Assembly (NCBI GenBank): GCA_043737055.1
Contig: JAYTBG010000001.1
Location: forward strand, 806 to 64,805
Reading direction: 5' to 3'
DNA: 64,000 nt
From: Chitinophagaceae bacterium
GTDB taxonomy: Bacteria > Bacteroidota > Bacteroidia > Chitinophagales > Chitinophagaceae
Both the position numbers and the translations under genes were made by a program. Below, piece after piece: positions 19,745 to 29,330 of the stretch. The stretch's first letter is position 1; each line of letters begins with the position of its first letter. The notes under the pieces were generated by a model. That model ran no database searches, was not told the DNA's origin, and saw nothing but the letters and a program-made list of their open reading frames with translations.

Positions 19745-20986
19745 TTAACTGGATATTTCTAGCAGTGCATCTAAGGGATCTTTGCCAAACAACAAAAGCG
19801 CTGGACTTTCCAATAACTGCCTTACTCTAACTAAAAATCCAACTGACTCTCTACCATCAATTACCCTGTGATCATAACTCAGGGCTACATACATCATCGG
19901 CTTAATTACCACCTGGCCGTTTACCGCCATGGGCCGTTCTACAATGTTGTGCATTCCTAAAATAGCACTTTGCGGAATATTAATAATAGGTGTGCTCATC
20001 ATAGATCCGAATATGCCTCCATTGGTGATGGTGAAGGTGCCACCTGTCATCTCTTCAATCGTGAGTTTATTGTTCTTAGCTTTAGTTGCCAATTCAACCA
20101 CCGCCGCTTCTATACCTTGCATGCTAAGACTCTCCGCATTCCGAATTACCGGAACTACCAGGCCCTTGGGAGCACTCACCGCAATGGATACGTCGCAATA
20201 ATCGTGGTAAATAATGTTCTCGCCATCCAGATATGCGTTTACGGCGGGGAAATCCTGCAAGGCATAACAACAAGCTTTCGTAAAAAAACTCATAAAGCCC
20301 AGGTTTACGCCATGCTGCTCCCTAAACTTGTCCTTAAACTTCTTTCTTATCTCCATGATAGGCCCCATATCTACTTCGTTGAAAGTAGTGAGCATAGCCG
20401 TGGAATTTTTTGCTTCTATCAATCTTCGGCTTATGGTTTTACGCAGACTGCTCATTTTCTCAGGCCTTTCTTCTCTGCTGAATAACGACTTATCAAGGCG
20501 GCGACCAGGGTTGTTCAAGATGGCCAATACATCTTTCTTTATTATTTTGCCATTACTGCCTGATGGAACAATTTGATGACTGTCTACCTTTTTATCTGCG
20601 ATAATAGCAGCCGCTACCGGTGTAGCTTTTATGTCTGGAGGGGTTGGTTCTGCAATTTTGCCATTGCCACTTGCTGCCGGGGCGGTTTGTGGGGCTGCTG
20701 TAGGCTCTTCCACTTTCGGAATGGTCACCTCTGCGATAGCTGGCTTTAAGCCTCCTGTATCAATACTCCCAACGGAGTCACCAATTGCAAGTGTGTCACC
20801 TTCTTTAGCAATTTGTTTGACTGTTCCGGATTGTTCTGCGTTTATCTCGAAGGTTGCCTTTTCGCTTTCAAGTTCTGCTATTACCTCATCTCTTTCGGCC
20901 CACTCACCGTCTTTTTTAAGCCATTTTACAAGGGTTACCTCACTTATACTTTCTCCAACAGTGGGAACTTTTATTTCTAATGCCAT
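19745..20986 (-). CDS. sucB: 2-oxo acid dehydrogenase E2 (dihydrolipoyllysine-residue succinyltransferase-like)
   Basis: N-terminal lipoyl domain ([13 protein letters not shown]), an Ala/Pro-rich linker, and catalytic [11 protein letters not shown] near the C-terminus. Confidence 0.8.
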   Translation of the reverse strand: MALEIKVPTVGESISEVTLVKWLKKDGEWAERDEVIAELESEKATFEINAEQSGTVKQIAKEGDTLAIGDSVGSIDTGGLKPAIAEVTIPKVEEPTAAPQTAPAASGNGKIAEPTPPDIKATPVAAAIIADKKVDSHQIVPSGSNGKIIKKDVLAILNNPGRRLDKSLFSREERPEKMSSLRKTISRRLIEAKNSTAMLTTFNEVDMGPIMEIRKKFKDKFREQHGVNLGFMSFFTKACCYALQDFPAVNAYLDGENIIYHDYCDVSIAVSAPKGLVVPVIRNAESLSMQGIEAAVVELATKAKNNKLTIEEMTGGTFTITNGGIFGSMMSTPIINIPQSAILGMHNIVERPMAVNGQVVIKPMMYVALSYDHRVIDGRESVGFLVRVRQLLESPALLLFGKDPLDALLEISS

Positions 20987-21219
20987 CTTGTAATATATTT
21001 TCGCAAATTTCGGGAAAATTGCTCATGAGCCTGAAATAATTAGTATTAAAAAAAAATAACCCTATTGTGGTATATGAAATAGATATTTTATGTATATTTT
21101 TATCGTCTAATAATCCTACGTCAGACCGTTTAATAAAAAGAAGTTGCATTCTACTAAGTTAAAGTGCTCCTTGTGCAATAGAAAGTTAGCTTTACATAAC
21201 TGATTAAAAACGAAACAAC

Positions 21220-22899
21220 ATGTTACCCAAAAAATTACAAACGGCATTTGCTGCACTTTTGTTACTTGGCTTCCAAAGCCAGGCACAGCTAAACATTCAA
21301 AGCGGTGCTACCTTCTTTATGCAAACGGGCGCCCAGGTTACCGTGCAGGGAAATGTAGATAATGCCGGAACACTAACCAACGATGGTTCTCTTAGGGTTC
21401 AGGGTAACTACCTGAACACGGGCAGCTACACAGGCGTAGGTACTACTGGTATTCTTGAGATGTATGGGACGGGAAATGCGACCTTAGCGCCAGGCGCATC
21501 AACTATTGCAAATCTTCTTATCAATAAAACTGCTGCTACCGATCTAGTAACCTTGACGGCCTCTACCACGGTTAGCACTGGTTTCACATTGACCAATGGC
21601 GTGCTGACAACTAACCCGACTGTTACGCCAGCAGTTGCATTGATATCCCCTGCTTCAACGCCATACAGTTTTGCTTCAGGAAAAGAGGTAGTAGGCAGAG
21701 TAACCCGCACTGGGTGGTCGAATGGGTCTGCAAGAGTTTTTAACCAACCAAACATGCTGGTTACAACCAATGCTGGTACTGCACCATCAGATCTGACTGT
21801 TACCATGATTCCCAATGGTGATCCTACTCAGGTAGAAAGAGAAGTTAAAAGAAAATTTGGTTTTGCTTACACCGGCGGAACTGGTTTTACTGCTGACATC
21901 CGATATCCATATCTAACCTCAGAACTTAACACCAATAACGAAGTAAACCTTGTTCCCTGGAGACTTGTTACGGAGTGGAATTCTCGCACAATTGATATTA
22001 CCCGCAACACCGGGAGCGACTGGGTAAATACAACTGGCATTACCCCCACTGAATTGATCCAAGAGTGGAAACTGGCAGATCCGAATTATACAATGAATCT
22101 GACGGCTTTCATGCGTGGGGCATGGAACAATCCTACTGCACTGATGAGAACAACAATAAACTCCAGTGGTCTCCTGCAATTAAATCAGCCATACACAGTA
22201 CCTCCTTATCTTTATCTTGGATCCGAATCTGTAGGAGCCATACCTAATGGCAATGTGGTTGACTGGATTTTGGTTGAATTGAGAAAACCCGGTACAGGGT
22301 TGCCTGCTGACGCAATTTCTTCAACAGTTATTGGTAGACAGGCGGCGTTCTTATTAAATAATGGAGCTATAGTAGGATTAAATGGAGTTTCCCCAGCTGA
22401 ATTGGTTATTTCTAAACAGGGATCTGGAAATTTCATTGTTTTACGCCATAGAAACCATCTTTCGGCAATGAGCATTGTAAAGGCATCTAATGTTTCGGGT
22501 GATTTTACGAATGATTTCTCCGTTTTAGCGAACGTTTATGAAAAGCCACTTGCTAATTCTCAGCCAGTTACTGTACTAGCATCTACGGCACCAGGTAACA
22601 CTAAATATGGTTTGTGGCCAGGAGACGTTAATGCTAACGGAAGTATTACCACGGGAGACTTAACTCAAGTTAACGTGGCGATTGCGGGGCCTGCCTCAGG
22701 TAATCTGAATGTATACAATAGGCAGGATGTTAACCTAGACAGAAACGTTACCACTGGAGATCTGAGTGTAGCAAATGTTTCAATTGCTGCGAGTGCATCC
22801 ACAAGCTCCAGTAAAGCAAATAGTACCACCCCCTCTCCCAAGCCTAATCAATCTACCAAGCCAAAGGTATCTCATGTACCAGGCGAGGTAGTTCAATAA
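21220..22899 (+). CDS. Secreted protein with C-terminal dockerin-like double EF-hand repeat and S/T/P-rich tail
   Basis: Signal peptide present. GDVNANGSITTGDLTQVNVAIAG and QDVNLDRNVTTGDLSVANVSIAAS (nt 22621-22788) fit the DVNxDGxIxxxD dockerin pattern. No T9SS CTD is recognisable. Confidence 0.6.
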   Translation: MLPKKLQTAFAALLLLGFQSQAQLNIQSGATFFMQTGAQVTVQGNVDNAGTLTNDGSLRVQGNYLNTGSYTGVGTTGILEMYGTGNATLAPGASTIANLLINKTAATDLVTLTASTTVSTGFTLTNGVLTTNPTVTPAVALISPASTPYSFASGKEVVGRVTRTGWSNGSARVFNQPNMLVTTNAGTAPSDLTVTMIPNGDPTQVEREVKRKFGFAYTGGTGFTADIRYPYLTSELNTNNEVNLVPWRLVTEWNSRTIDITRNTGSDWVNTTGITPTELIQEWKLADPNYTMNLTAFMRGAWNNPTALMRTTINSSGLLQLNQPYTVPPYLYLGSESVGAIPNGNVVDWILVELRKPGTGLPADAISSTVIGRQAAFLLNNGAIVGLNGVSPAELVISKQGSGNFIVLRHRNHLSAMSIVKASNVSGDFTNDFSVLANVYEKPLANSQPVTVLASTAPGNTKYGLWPGDVNANGSITTGDLTQVNVAIAGPASGNLNVYNRQDVNLDRNVTTGDLSVANVSIAASASTSSSKANSTTPSPKPNQSTKPKVSHVPGEVVQ

Positions 22900-22945
22900 A
22901 AAGAAGCATATAGTAATCACCAGAACTGTTTAAAACGTCATACAC

Positions 22946-24085
22946 ATGAAAAAAATTATATTTGTAGGTTTAATGTTTGCAAGCTTTACAGTTGCAGCAC
23001 AAACTGTGTCATTAAGGGTTGTCCAGAGTAATTATAACTCAACCGATCCAGACGGTGTAGGCCCCGCGACCGGATCGGTGAGTTTTAGATTTGAAATATT
23101 CTCTTCCACGCCTGTTCTAGCAGATGCTCTTGGGCTCAGCGTTGTATACCAGTCTGCCAATTTGATGGCACCAAGTCCTTTAGGAACAGTCGTTAGACTT
23201 GGGACACTTGCAACAGCTGTTAACTGGAGCCAACCTATCAATAATCAAGTCGGCAATACCATAACCCCTCTTTCCTATGGCGGACAATCCTTTAATACAA
23301 GAATGATCATCGGTTTTACGCAAGGAGAAGGAACTCCAAACTGTGCATTCGGGCCGAGTTGGACACCAGTTTGCGAAATAACTTATTGGACAAAGGGCAC
23401 CGGGTTCCCCCAAGGAGGTTACGTAGTAAATGAACCGGGAACAATACTGCCTCAAAACGAACTTTCATCCGATGGTGGTGGTACACTCTACCAGTTGGAA
23501 TCTCCTAATTTTAACAGTCCGACGCCACTCGGCGGTGCCCTACCAGTGCTCTTCTCCAGCTTCGATGCCAAGTGCTCTAATAATGGAACTCTTATTTCGT
23601 GGTCAACTGCGCAAGAAGCCAATAGCAGCAAGTTTGAAGTAGAAAGAAGTATTAATGGAAGTACCTGGACAAACATAGGGTCTGTGCCTGCGGCGGGTAC
23701 AAGCGTGAGCAACCGCAACTATCAACAAATTGATTTATTTGGCGGAACAGCGCTCTATCGGATCAAACAGATTGATAAAGATGGCCAGTCTATTTATACC
23801 GATGTGGCAAGAACAAACTGCCAAACTAAAAATATCAGTAGTGTAATTTATCCGGTACCAACAAAAGATATACTCAATTTGGTAATCAAATCGGATAGGT
23901 CAGTTAGAACCCAATTCCTGGTGTACGATATGCAAGGAAAATTGGTGAAAAAGGTTGATGCAGCGGTGATAAGTGGAAACAACAATTTCCGAATCAATCT
24001 GATTGGTCTCGCTTCTGGTGACTACATGTTAAGGAGCAATGATGCATCTCTCCAGTTAAACAAAGTATTTACGATCGCTAGATAA
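22946..24085 (+). CDS. T9SS type A sorting-domain (Por_Secre_tail) surface protein
   Basis: Signal peptide present. An internal W.T..E..KFEVERS.NG module is followed by the C-terminus VIYPVPTKDILNLVI..FLVYDMQGKLV..LASGDYMLR, which is a typical type A CTD. Confidence 0.8.
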   Translation: MKKIIFVGLMFASFTVAAQTVSLRVVQSNYNSTDPDGVGPATGSVSFRFEIFSSTPVLADALGLSVVYQSANLMAPSPLGTVVRLGTLATAVNWSQPINNQVGNTITPLSYGGQSFNTRMIIGFTQGEGTPNCAFGPSWTPVCEITYWTKGTGFPQGGYVVNEPGTILPQNELSSDGGGTLYQLESPNFNSPTPLGGALPVLFSSFDAKCSNNGTLISWSTAQEANSSKFEVERSINGSTWTNIGSVPAAGTSVSNRNYQQIDLFGGTALYRIKQIDKDGQSIYTDVARTNCQTKNISSVIYPVPTKDILNLVIKSDRSVRTQFLVYDMQGKLVKKVDAAVISGNNNFRINLIGLASGDYMLRSNDASLQLNKVFTIAR

Positions 24086-24115
24086 TAAGCGATTTACAAT
24101 TTTCGTCAGACTTCA

Positions 24116-24148
24116 AATAAGCCCCGCCCGAAAATGGCGGGGCTTATA
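24116..24148. terminator. Hairpin downstream of 22946..24085
   Basis: TAAGCCCCGCC / GGCGGGGCTTA perfect stem. The flanking T-run is weak. Confidence 0.5.
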
Positions 24149-24253
24149 ATTTAGCTGGCAACATAAAGGTTGCGGACAAATGATCATATCTGCAAAAACA
24201 GTAGAGCGGTAAGAACAGAAGTAAAAGGAATAGAATGGAATCTAACATGTATA

Positions 24254-24283
24254 AACAAAAAAAATCCGCCTTTGAAAGGCGGA
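24254..24283 (-). terminator. Rho-independent terminator of rpoD (minus strand)
   Basis: TCCGCC / GGCGGA stem. On the minus strand it is followed by a T8-T9 run. Confidence 0.7.
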
Positions 24284-24308
24284 CTAACCGTTTTTAACCT
24301 AATTTTTT

Positions 24309-25178
24309 TTAGGCTCCCAGATAGGGTCTCAAAAGCTTGCAGCGAGATGCTGTTCTGAGCTTTGTAATGGCCTTGTCTTTTATCTGCCTCACTCTTTCCC
24401 GGGTAAGGCTAAACCTTTCTCCAATATCCTCCAGGCTCAGGGGATGGTCTATTCCTATGCCGAAAAAAAAGCGAATCACTTCCTTTTGTCTATCCGTTAA
24501 AGTACTTAACGATCTTTCAATTTCAGTGTGCAGTGATGCAGTTACAGCTAGTTCATTGTCTGTGCCAACGGCATCTTTATTGATCATAATATCGATCAGC
24601 GTGCTATCTTCTCCGTCTGCTAAGGGCTGGTCCATGCTTACATGTCTTGCAGACAGCCCAAGCGTGGCGGTTACTTCTGCTACCTCAATATCCAGAAGAA
24701 AGGCCAACTCCTCTGGGGTAGGCTCCCTTTCGAATTCTTGTTCCAATTGAGAATATGCTTTGCTAATCCTGTTGGTTAAGCCCACTTTGTTCAATGGTAG
24801 TCTCACTATTCTGGATTGCTCTGCCAATGCCTGCAGGATACTTTGCCTTATCCACCAAACTGCATAAGAAATAAATTTAAAGCCACGGGTTTCATCAAAA
24901 CGTTGTGCTGCTTTAATGAGACCAAGATTACCTTCATTAATAAGATCCGGAAGAGTCAGTCCTTGATTTTGGTATTGCTTTGCAACCGAAACAACAAACC
25001 TTAGATTTGCCTTGGTAAGTTTATCGAGGGCTTTGGCATCCCCTTTTCTAATTAAAACCGCAAGACTAACTTCTTCTTCCGGGGTTATTAAATCTACTTT
25101 CCCTATCTCTTGCAAATATTTTTCCAGGCTTTGGCTTTCCCGATTTGTAATTGACTTAGTAATCTTTAACTGACGCAT
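24309..25178 (-). CDS. rpoD: RNA polymerase primary sigma factor (sigma-70 family, Bacteroidota sigma-A type)
   Basis: [15 protein letters not shown] start, region 2 block [40 protein letters not shown], and region 4 block [18 protein letters not shown]. Confidence 0.92.
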   Translation of the reverse strand: MRQLKITKSITNRESQSLEKYLQEIGKVDLITPEEEVSLAVLIRKGDAKALDKLTKANLRFVVSVAKQYQNQGLTLPDLINEGNLGLIKAAQRFDETRGFKFISYAVWWIRQSILQALAEQSRIVRLPLNKVGLTNRISKAYSQLEQEFEREPTPEELAFLLDIEVAEVTATLGLSARHVSMDQPLADGEDSTLIDIMINKDAVGTDNELAVTASLHTEIERSLSTLTDRQKEVIRFFFGIGIDHPLSLEDIGERFSLTRERVRQIKDKAITKLRTASRCKLLRPYLGA

Positions 25179-25436
25179 ACTCATAAGCAAAAGTTTTAAG
25201 GGTTTAAAAACAAATAGCCAGGCGAAATCTGAATTTGGTAGTGCATCAGATATTAACGTAATTTAATATAATTCATAGAGCCATCAAAATATATTATATA
25301 CCCTTTTTGTACCATACACAATCAAAATTTTCCAACGCACGAAAGCCAAAATACTTTTAAAATAAAACAGCAAATATTTTGTTACGTTGATTAATTTACT
25401 ATAATTGCAGCTTGTAGTATTTTGTAAAAATTGAAA

Positions 25437-25817
25437 ATGAGTAAGAAAATTTTGTACACGTTGGAATATCCTGTGAGGTGCTCACCTGGAATATTATTCG
25501 AGTTTTTAAGTACCCCTGCGGGGCTTCAGGAATGGTTTGCAGATAAAGTTGACGAACGTGATGGTTTATTTACTTTTGGTTGGAACGGAACAGAAGATAA
25601 GGCCGACCTGTTAGATAAAGATGAGTCGAAATTTATCAGATTTCATTGGACCCATGCGGCAAAAGAAGAATATTTCGAATTTGCAATTGAAAAGTCTGAG
25701 GTTACGAACCAAACTATTTTGATTGTTAAAGATTTTGCAGAAAAAAAGGACATAAAAGATCAAAGTCAGTTGTGGGAATACCAGGTAAAAGAGTTGTTTC
25801 ACCGAATAGGCAACTAA
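25437..25817 (+). CDS. START-like (SRPBCC-fold) domain protein
   Basis: About 126 aa. YPVRCSPGILFEFLSTPAGLQEWFADKV resembles the small START-like proteins conserved in Bacteroidota. I prefer the ATG at 25437 over the TTG at 25431. Confidence 0.55.
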   Translation: MSKKILYTLEYPVRCSPGILFEFLSTPAGLQEWFADKVDERDGLFTFGWNGTEDKADLLDKDESKFIRFHWTHAAKEEYFEFAIEKSEVTNQTILIVKDFAEKKDIKDQSQLWEYQVKELFHRIGN

Positions 25818-26428
25818 CGACTCAATAACTTCAATATCTGCTTATAGGCCGGTGGCAGAAATTCATTCAGATTGTTCCATTGTCTAAGCTCTATCTTCAA
25901 AGCGATTTTCAGAAAGTGCTTGTTAAAAATGTAATCCCTCAGCTCTAGAATACTTAGAACTTCTAATGGTACGTAATTGTCAGCTTTAAAATGATGCTCC
26001 CATGCGTCGTAATTTATGCAGAGGAACAATCCATCGCTTGTGTATGTTGTTAGATTTTTGATTATGTTTTCTTCAAAATAAACTTTGTGTCTGCCGGACA
26101 AATGTAGTGTTACACTGAAAAAGTTACCCCACCAAAACATTGTTCGCAGCGCAAAAATATTGTCCTTCTGAAATATCGAGGGATAATCTAGCATTACGTA
26201 TGGAAGGCCCTGATAGTTTTCTCCTCTTGATATTTTCGGTATTACTGATAAGATTTCTACTGGCAGTTGATCCTTTTCTTCTAATACAACCTCCCCTATT
26301 AATAATACCTGGCAATTAAATATTTCATACACAGTTTCTATAATTTCCTGTTTCGTTAAAACCCAACTGGTATCCTCCACAATTTTAAGTTCCTGCGAAG
26401 AAAGCGTTATTTTCGTTGCATCGGGCAT
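25814..26428 (-). CDS. Hypothetical protein
   Basis: Clean 204-aa ORF with no motif I recognise. Its stop overlaps the stop of the convergent gene by 4 nt. Confidence 0.55.
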   Translation of the reverse strand: MPDATKITLSSQELKIVEDTSWVLTKQEIIETVYEIFNCQVLLIGEVVLEEKDQLPVEILSVIPKISRGENYQGLPYVMLDYPSIFQKDNIFALRTMFWWGNFFSVTLHLSGRHKVYFEENIIKNLTTYTSDGLFLCINYDAWEHHFKADNYVPLEVLSILELRDYIFNKHFLKIALKIELRQWNNLNEFLPPAYKQILKLLSR

Positions 26429-26474
26429 AGTGAAAAGTTAAGCAAATAATTTTTCATGAATAGGTTCAACGGTA

Positions 26475-27947
26475 ATGATAAAAAAATTAGATAAACTAAT
26501 ATTAAGAGCTTTTTTAGGTCCTTTCATTGCTACATTCTTCATTGCATTCTTTATGTTAATGATGCAGAGCTTGTGGAAATATATTGATGATCTGGTAGGC
26601 AAGGGGTTAGACTTTATTACTATCGGTCAGTTTCTATGGTACGCAAGTGCTTCTCTTCTTACACTCGCTATGCCCATAGCCATCTTGATTTCCTCTATCA
26701 TGACTTTTGGTAATCTGGGAGAAAGTTTTGAACTCGTTGCCATTAAATCTGCTGGCATCTCCTTGCTTAGATTTATGCGACCGCTGATGTTCTTTACAAT
26801 GATGCTCTGCGGAATCTCTTACATGTTTGCAAACTATGTTATTCCGTATGCGAACCTAAAATTTAAAACACTATACTCAGATATTTATTTTAAGAAACCG
26901 GCTTTCGACTTAAAAGAGGGAGTTTTTTTTACTTACATACCCACGTATGCCATCAAAGTTGGAAAAAAGGATCCTGACGGAAGGACAATACACAACGTAC
27001 TTATTTACGAGCAGAGCAACCAGCTGCAGGATAACAGTATCGTGGCCCAGCACGGTGTAATGAAGATTTCTGACGACAAAAAGTTTTTGGAATTTAACCT
27101 TGAAAATGGCTTTAGATACCAGGAGCGTGGCAATTCTTATGACACTACCACGGAATATATACGGCTTGGTTTCAAAGAATTTAAAAAGCTATTCGATCTT
27201 AGTGTTTTGCAAAAGCAAAATACCAACGACAGCATTTTTAAAAATAGCCATCAGATGCTAAGCTCGAGGCAACTGGCAAAGAACATAGATTCATTAAAAA
27301 TTGTGGATGATAGCATGACTGCTAAAATGTATTCGGTAGTAAACGCCCAAATGCATTTTTCGTCCCTGAGAGATAGTGCGGCTATTGGCAAAAACAGCAG
27401 CAAACTAAATACAAAGAAAGGCAAGTTATTTCCCGATTCTGTAAAAACAATTTTGGACCAAAGGGCATTTTCGGTTGCTGCAGATATCAAAAATACAATT
27501 CTGTTCAATAACCTTGAGGCTGATGCAAGAGAAAAAAATATCAGGTTTCACAAAATAGAGTGGCACCGCAAATATTCCTTTTCCATAGCCTGCCTCGTAT
27601 TATTTTTTATTGGCGCCCCCCTAGGCTCTATCATCAGGAAAGGCGGTATGGGAATGCCGCTGGTGGTGGCCATCGTATTTTTTCTTATTTTTCACTTGCT
27701 GGGCATGTTTGGAGAGAAGTTTGTAAAAGAAAATCTGACTACCCCATTTATTGGCATGTGGCTGGCGGTGCTTGTCTTAATACCTGTTGGAATATTTCTA
27801 ACATACAAAGCAATGCACGACTCGCAACTCTTCAACAAGGAATACTATTACCGATCTTTTAAAAGAATTCGGCTTTTTTTAAATAATTTCATGGAGCGCA
27901 AAACTCTAACAACAAACATTGGATATGAAAACGCAACCAGAAAATAG
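26475..27947 (+). CDS. LptF/LptG-family (YjgP/YjgQ) permease
   Basis: N-terminus LDKLILRAFLGPFIATFFIAFFMLMMQ.LWKYIDDLVGKG. Multiple TM helices flank a large loop. Confidence 0.85.
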   Translation: MIKKLDKLILRAFLGPFIATFFIAFFMLMMQSLWKYIDDLVGKGLDFITIGQFLWYASASLLTLAMPIAILISSIMTFGNLGESFELVAIKSAGISLLRFMRPLMFFTMMLCGISYMFANYVIPYANLKFKTLYSDIYFKKPAFDLKEGVFFTYIPTYAIKVGKKDPDGRTIHNVLIYEQSNQLQDNSIVAQHGVMKISDDKKFLEFNLENGFRYQERGNSYDTTTEYIRLGFKEFKKLFDLSVLQKQNTNDSIFKNSHQMLSSRQLAKNIDSLKIVDDSMTAKMYSVVNAQMHFSSLRDSAAIGKNSSKLNTKKGKLFPDSVKTILDQRAFSVAADIKNTILFNNLEADAREKNIRFHKIEWHRKYSFSIACLVLFFIGAPLGSIIRKGGMGMPLVVAIVFFLIFHLLGMFGEKFVKENLTTPFIGMWLAVLVLIPVGIFLTYKAMHDSQLFNKEYYYRSFKRIRLFLNNFMERKTLTTNIGYENATRK

Positions 27948-28683
27948 CAGGCGGAAATTTATTGCTAAATCAGCTTTGGGGGCCGCTGGGATGATGTTAG
28001 GTACTGGGGTAGCCAGCTCATTTGTACAAGGATGCAGCGCACCAGCGAGGCTCCTCAATTCTACTTTCTCTACAGGCTTTGATCAGCAGCCGTTACCCTA
28101 TAATTACAGCGCACTGGAAGATATCATTGATGCCAAAACAATGGAAATACATTACTCAAAGCATTCAGCCGCTTACAGCAAAGCATTGAAAGAGGCAGTG
28201 GCAGCAGAGGCTATTGGAGAGACTTCTTTGGAAAATATTCTCCGCAAAGTTTCCAGGTATTCGGCTAAAATGAGGAATAATGCAGGCGGGCACTACAATC
28301 ATGAGATGTTTTGGAAATCGATGAAGCCCGCAGCAAAGTCAAATGCACCAAAAGGGAAACTGCTGGATTCAATCATGAAAGAATTTGGGTCTTTCGAAAA
28401 TTTTAAAGTACAATTTGCCGACGCTGGCACCAAAAGATTTGGAAGTGGCTGGGCCTGGTTGTACCTGGATGCATTAAAGAAATTACGAATCGGGAGCACT
28501 CCTAACCAAGACAATCCTTTAATGGACCTAAGTGAAGTAAAAGGTTTTCCTGTGCTCGGGCTTGATGTTTGGGAACATGCTTACTACCTTAAATACCAAA
28601 ATAAAAGGGCAGATTATATTTCCAATTGGTGGAACGTTGTGAACTGGGATTATGTGCAACAACGTTTTGAATCTGTATCATAA
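27925..28683 (+). CDS. sodA: Fe/Mn-family superoxide dismutase with twin-arginine (Tat) signal peptide
   Basis: SRRKFIAKSALGAAGMMLG Tat motif. SOD blocks HYSKHSAAY, GGHYNHEMFW, GSGWAWL and LGLDVWEHAYYLKYQN. The start overlaps the lptF/G 3' end by 23 nt. Confidence 0.9.
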   Translation: MKTQPENSRRKFIAKSALGAAGMMLGTGVASSFVQGCSAPARLLNSTFSTGFDQQPLPYNYSALEDIIDAKTMEIHYSKHSAAYSKALKEAVAAEAIGETSLENILRKVSRYSAKMRNNAGGHYNHEMFWKSMKPAAKSNAPKGKLLDSIMKEFGSFENFKVQFADAGTKRFGSGWAWLYLDALKKLRIGSTPNQDNPLMDLSEVKGFPVLGLDVWEHAYYLKYQNKRADYISNWWNVVNWDYVQQRFESVS

Positions 28684-29330
28684 ATAATACTTTTCATCTG
28701 CTGTTTACACTGCCCATTTACTGCTTGTAGATTTAGCTGGAAACTATATCCAAACACCCATTTTTAGTTACTTCAATTTTGCAATAGAATATGCAGCAGC
28801 TTACTTGCCATTTCAATACAGATGTGCTGGCAGGTTAGCTCTCAGCTTTTAAGCATGGCATTTATATTAGAAGGCTGTCAATGACAGCCGCACCTGCAGA
28901 ATTAATAAAAGTAAATGCTGATGCCGCTTTTTTTTAGGCGGAGGTAGCCAGCTGCATCGATAGTGATACTCACCCAGAACACTTTTAAAAATTTCTCTTT
29001 TTATCAGCTAGTTTTTTATAACACCCTCTGTGGCCACCCATGTTGCAACAACCAACTGTACTTCGTAAAAGGAGTTTCATAAAGAAAAAATATTGGCTGA
29101 AATTGACTCAGCCTTTGTGCAGTAACACTCAAAAAAGAAATTGAATGAACCACACAAAGGCTGATGAATTGACAAGCAATCGTAACGCAAAAGTAATATA
29201 TCAAAAACGGAATTTCCAAATAAAAAACAGAATGTTTTGATAAACACTTTTGAAATAATTTGAAAAAAACTGGTTTTAAAAAGGAATATATTCGCGGCTG
29301 CAATTTCATCTACTTTTATAAAAAATATTT

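Noticed and set aside
29016-29309. 97-aa minus-strand ORF in the sod-peptidase gap.
   Set aside because: It is AT-rich, low-complexity and Phe/Leu/Ile/Lys-biased. It has no motif and no sensible start context.
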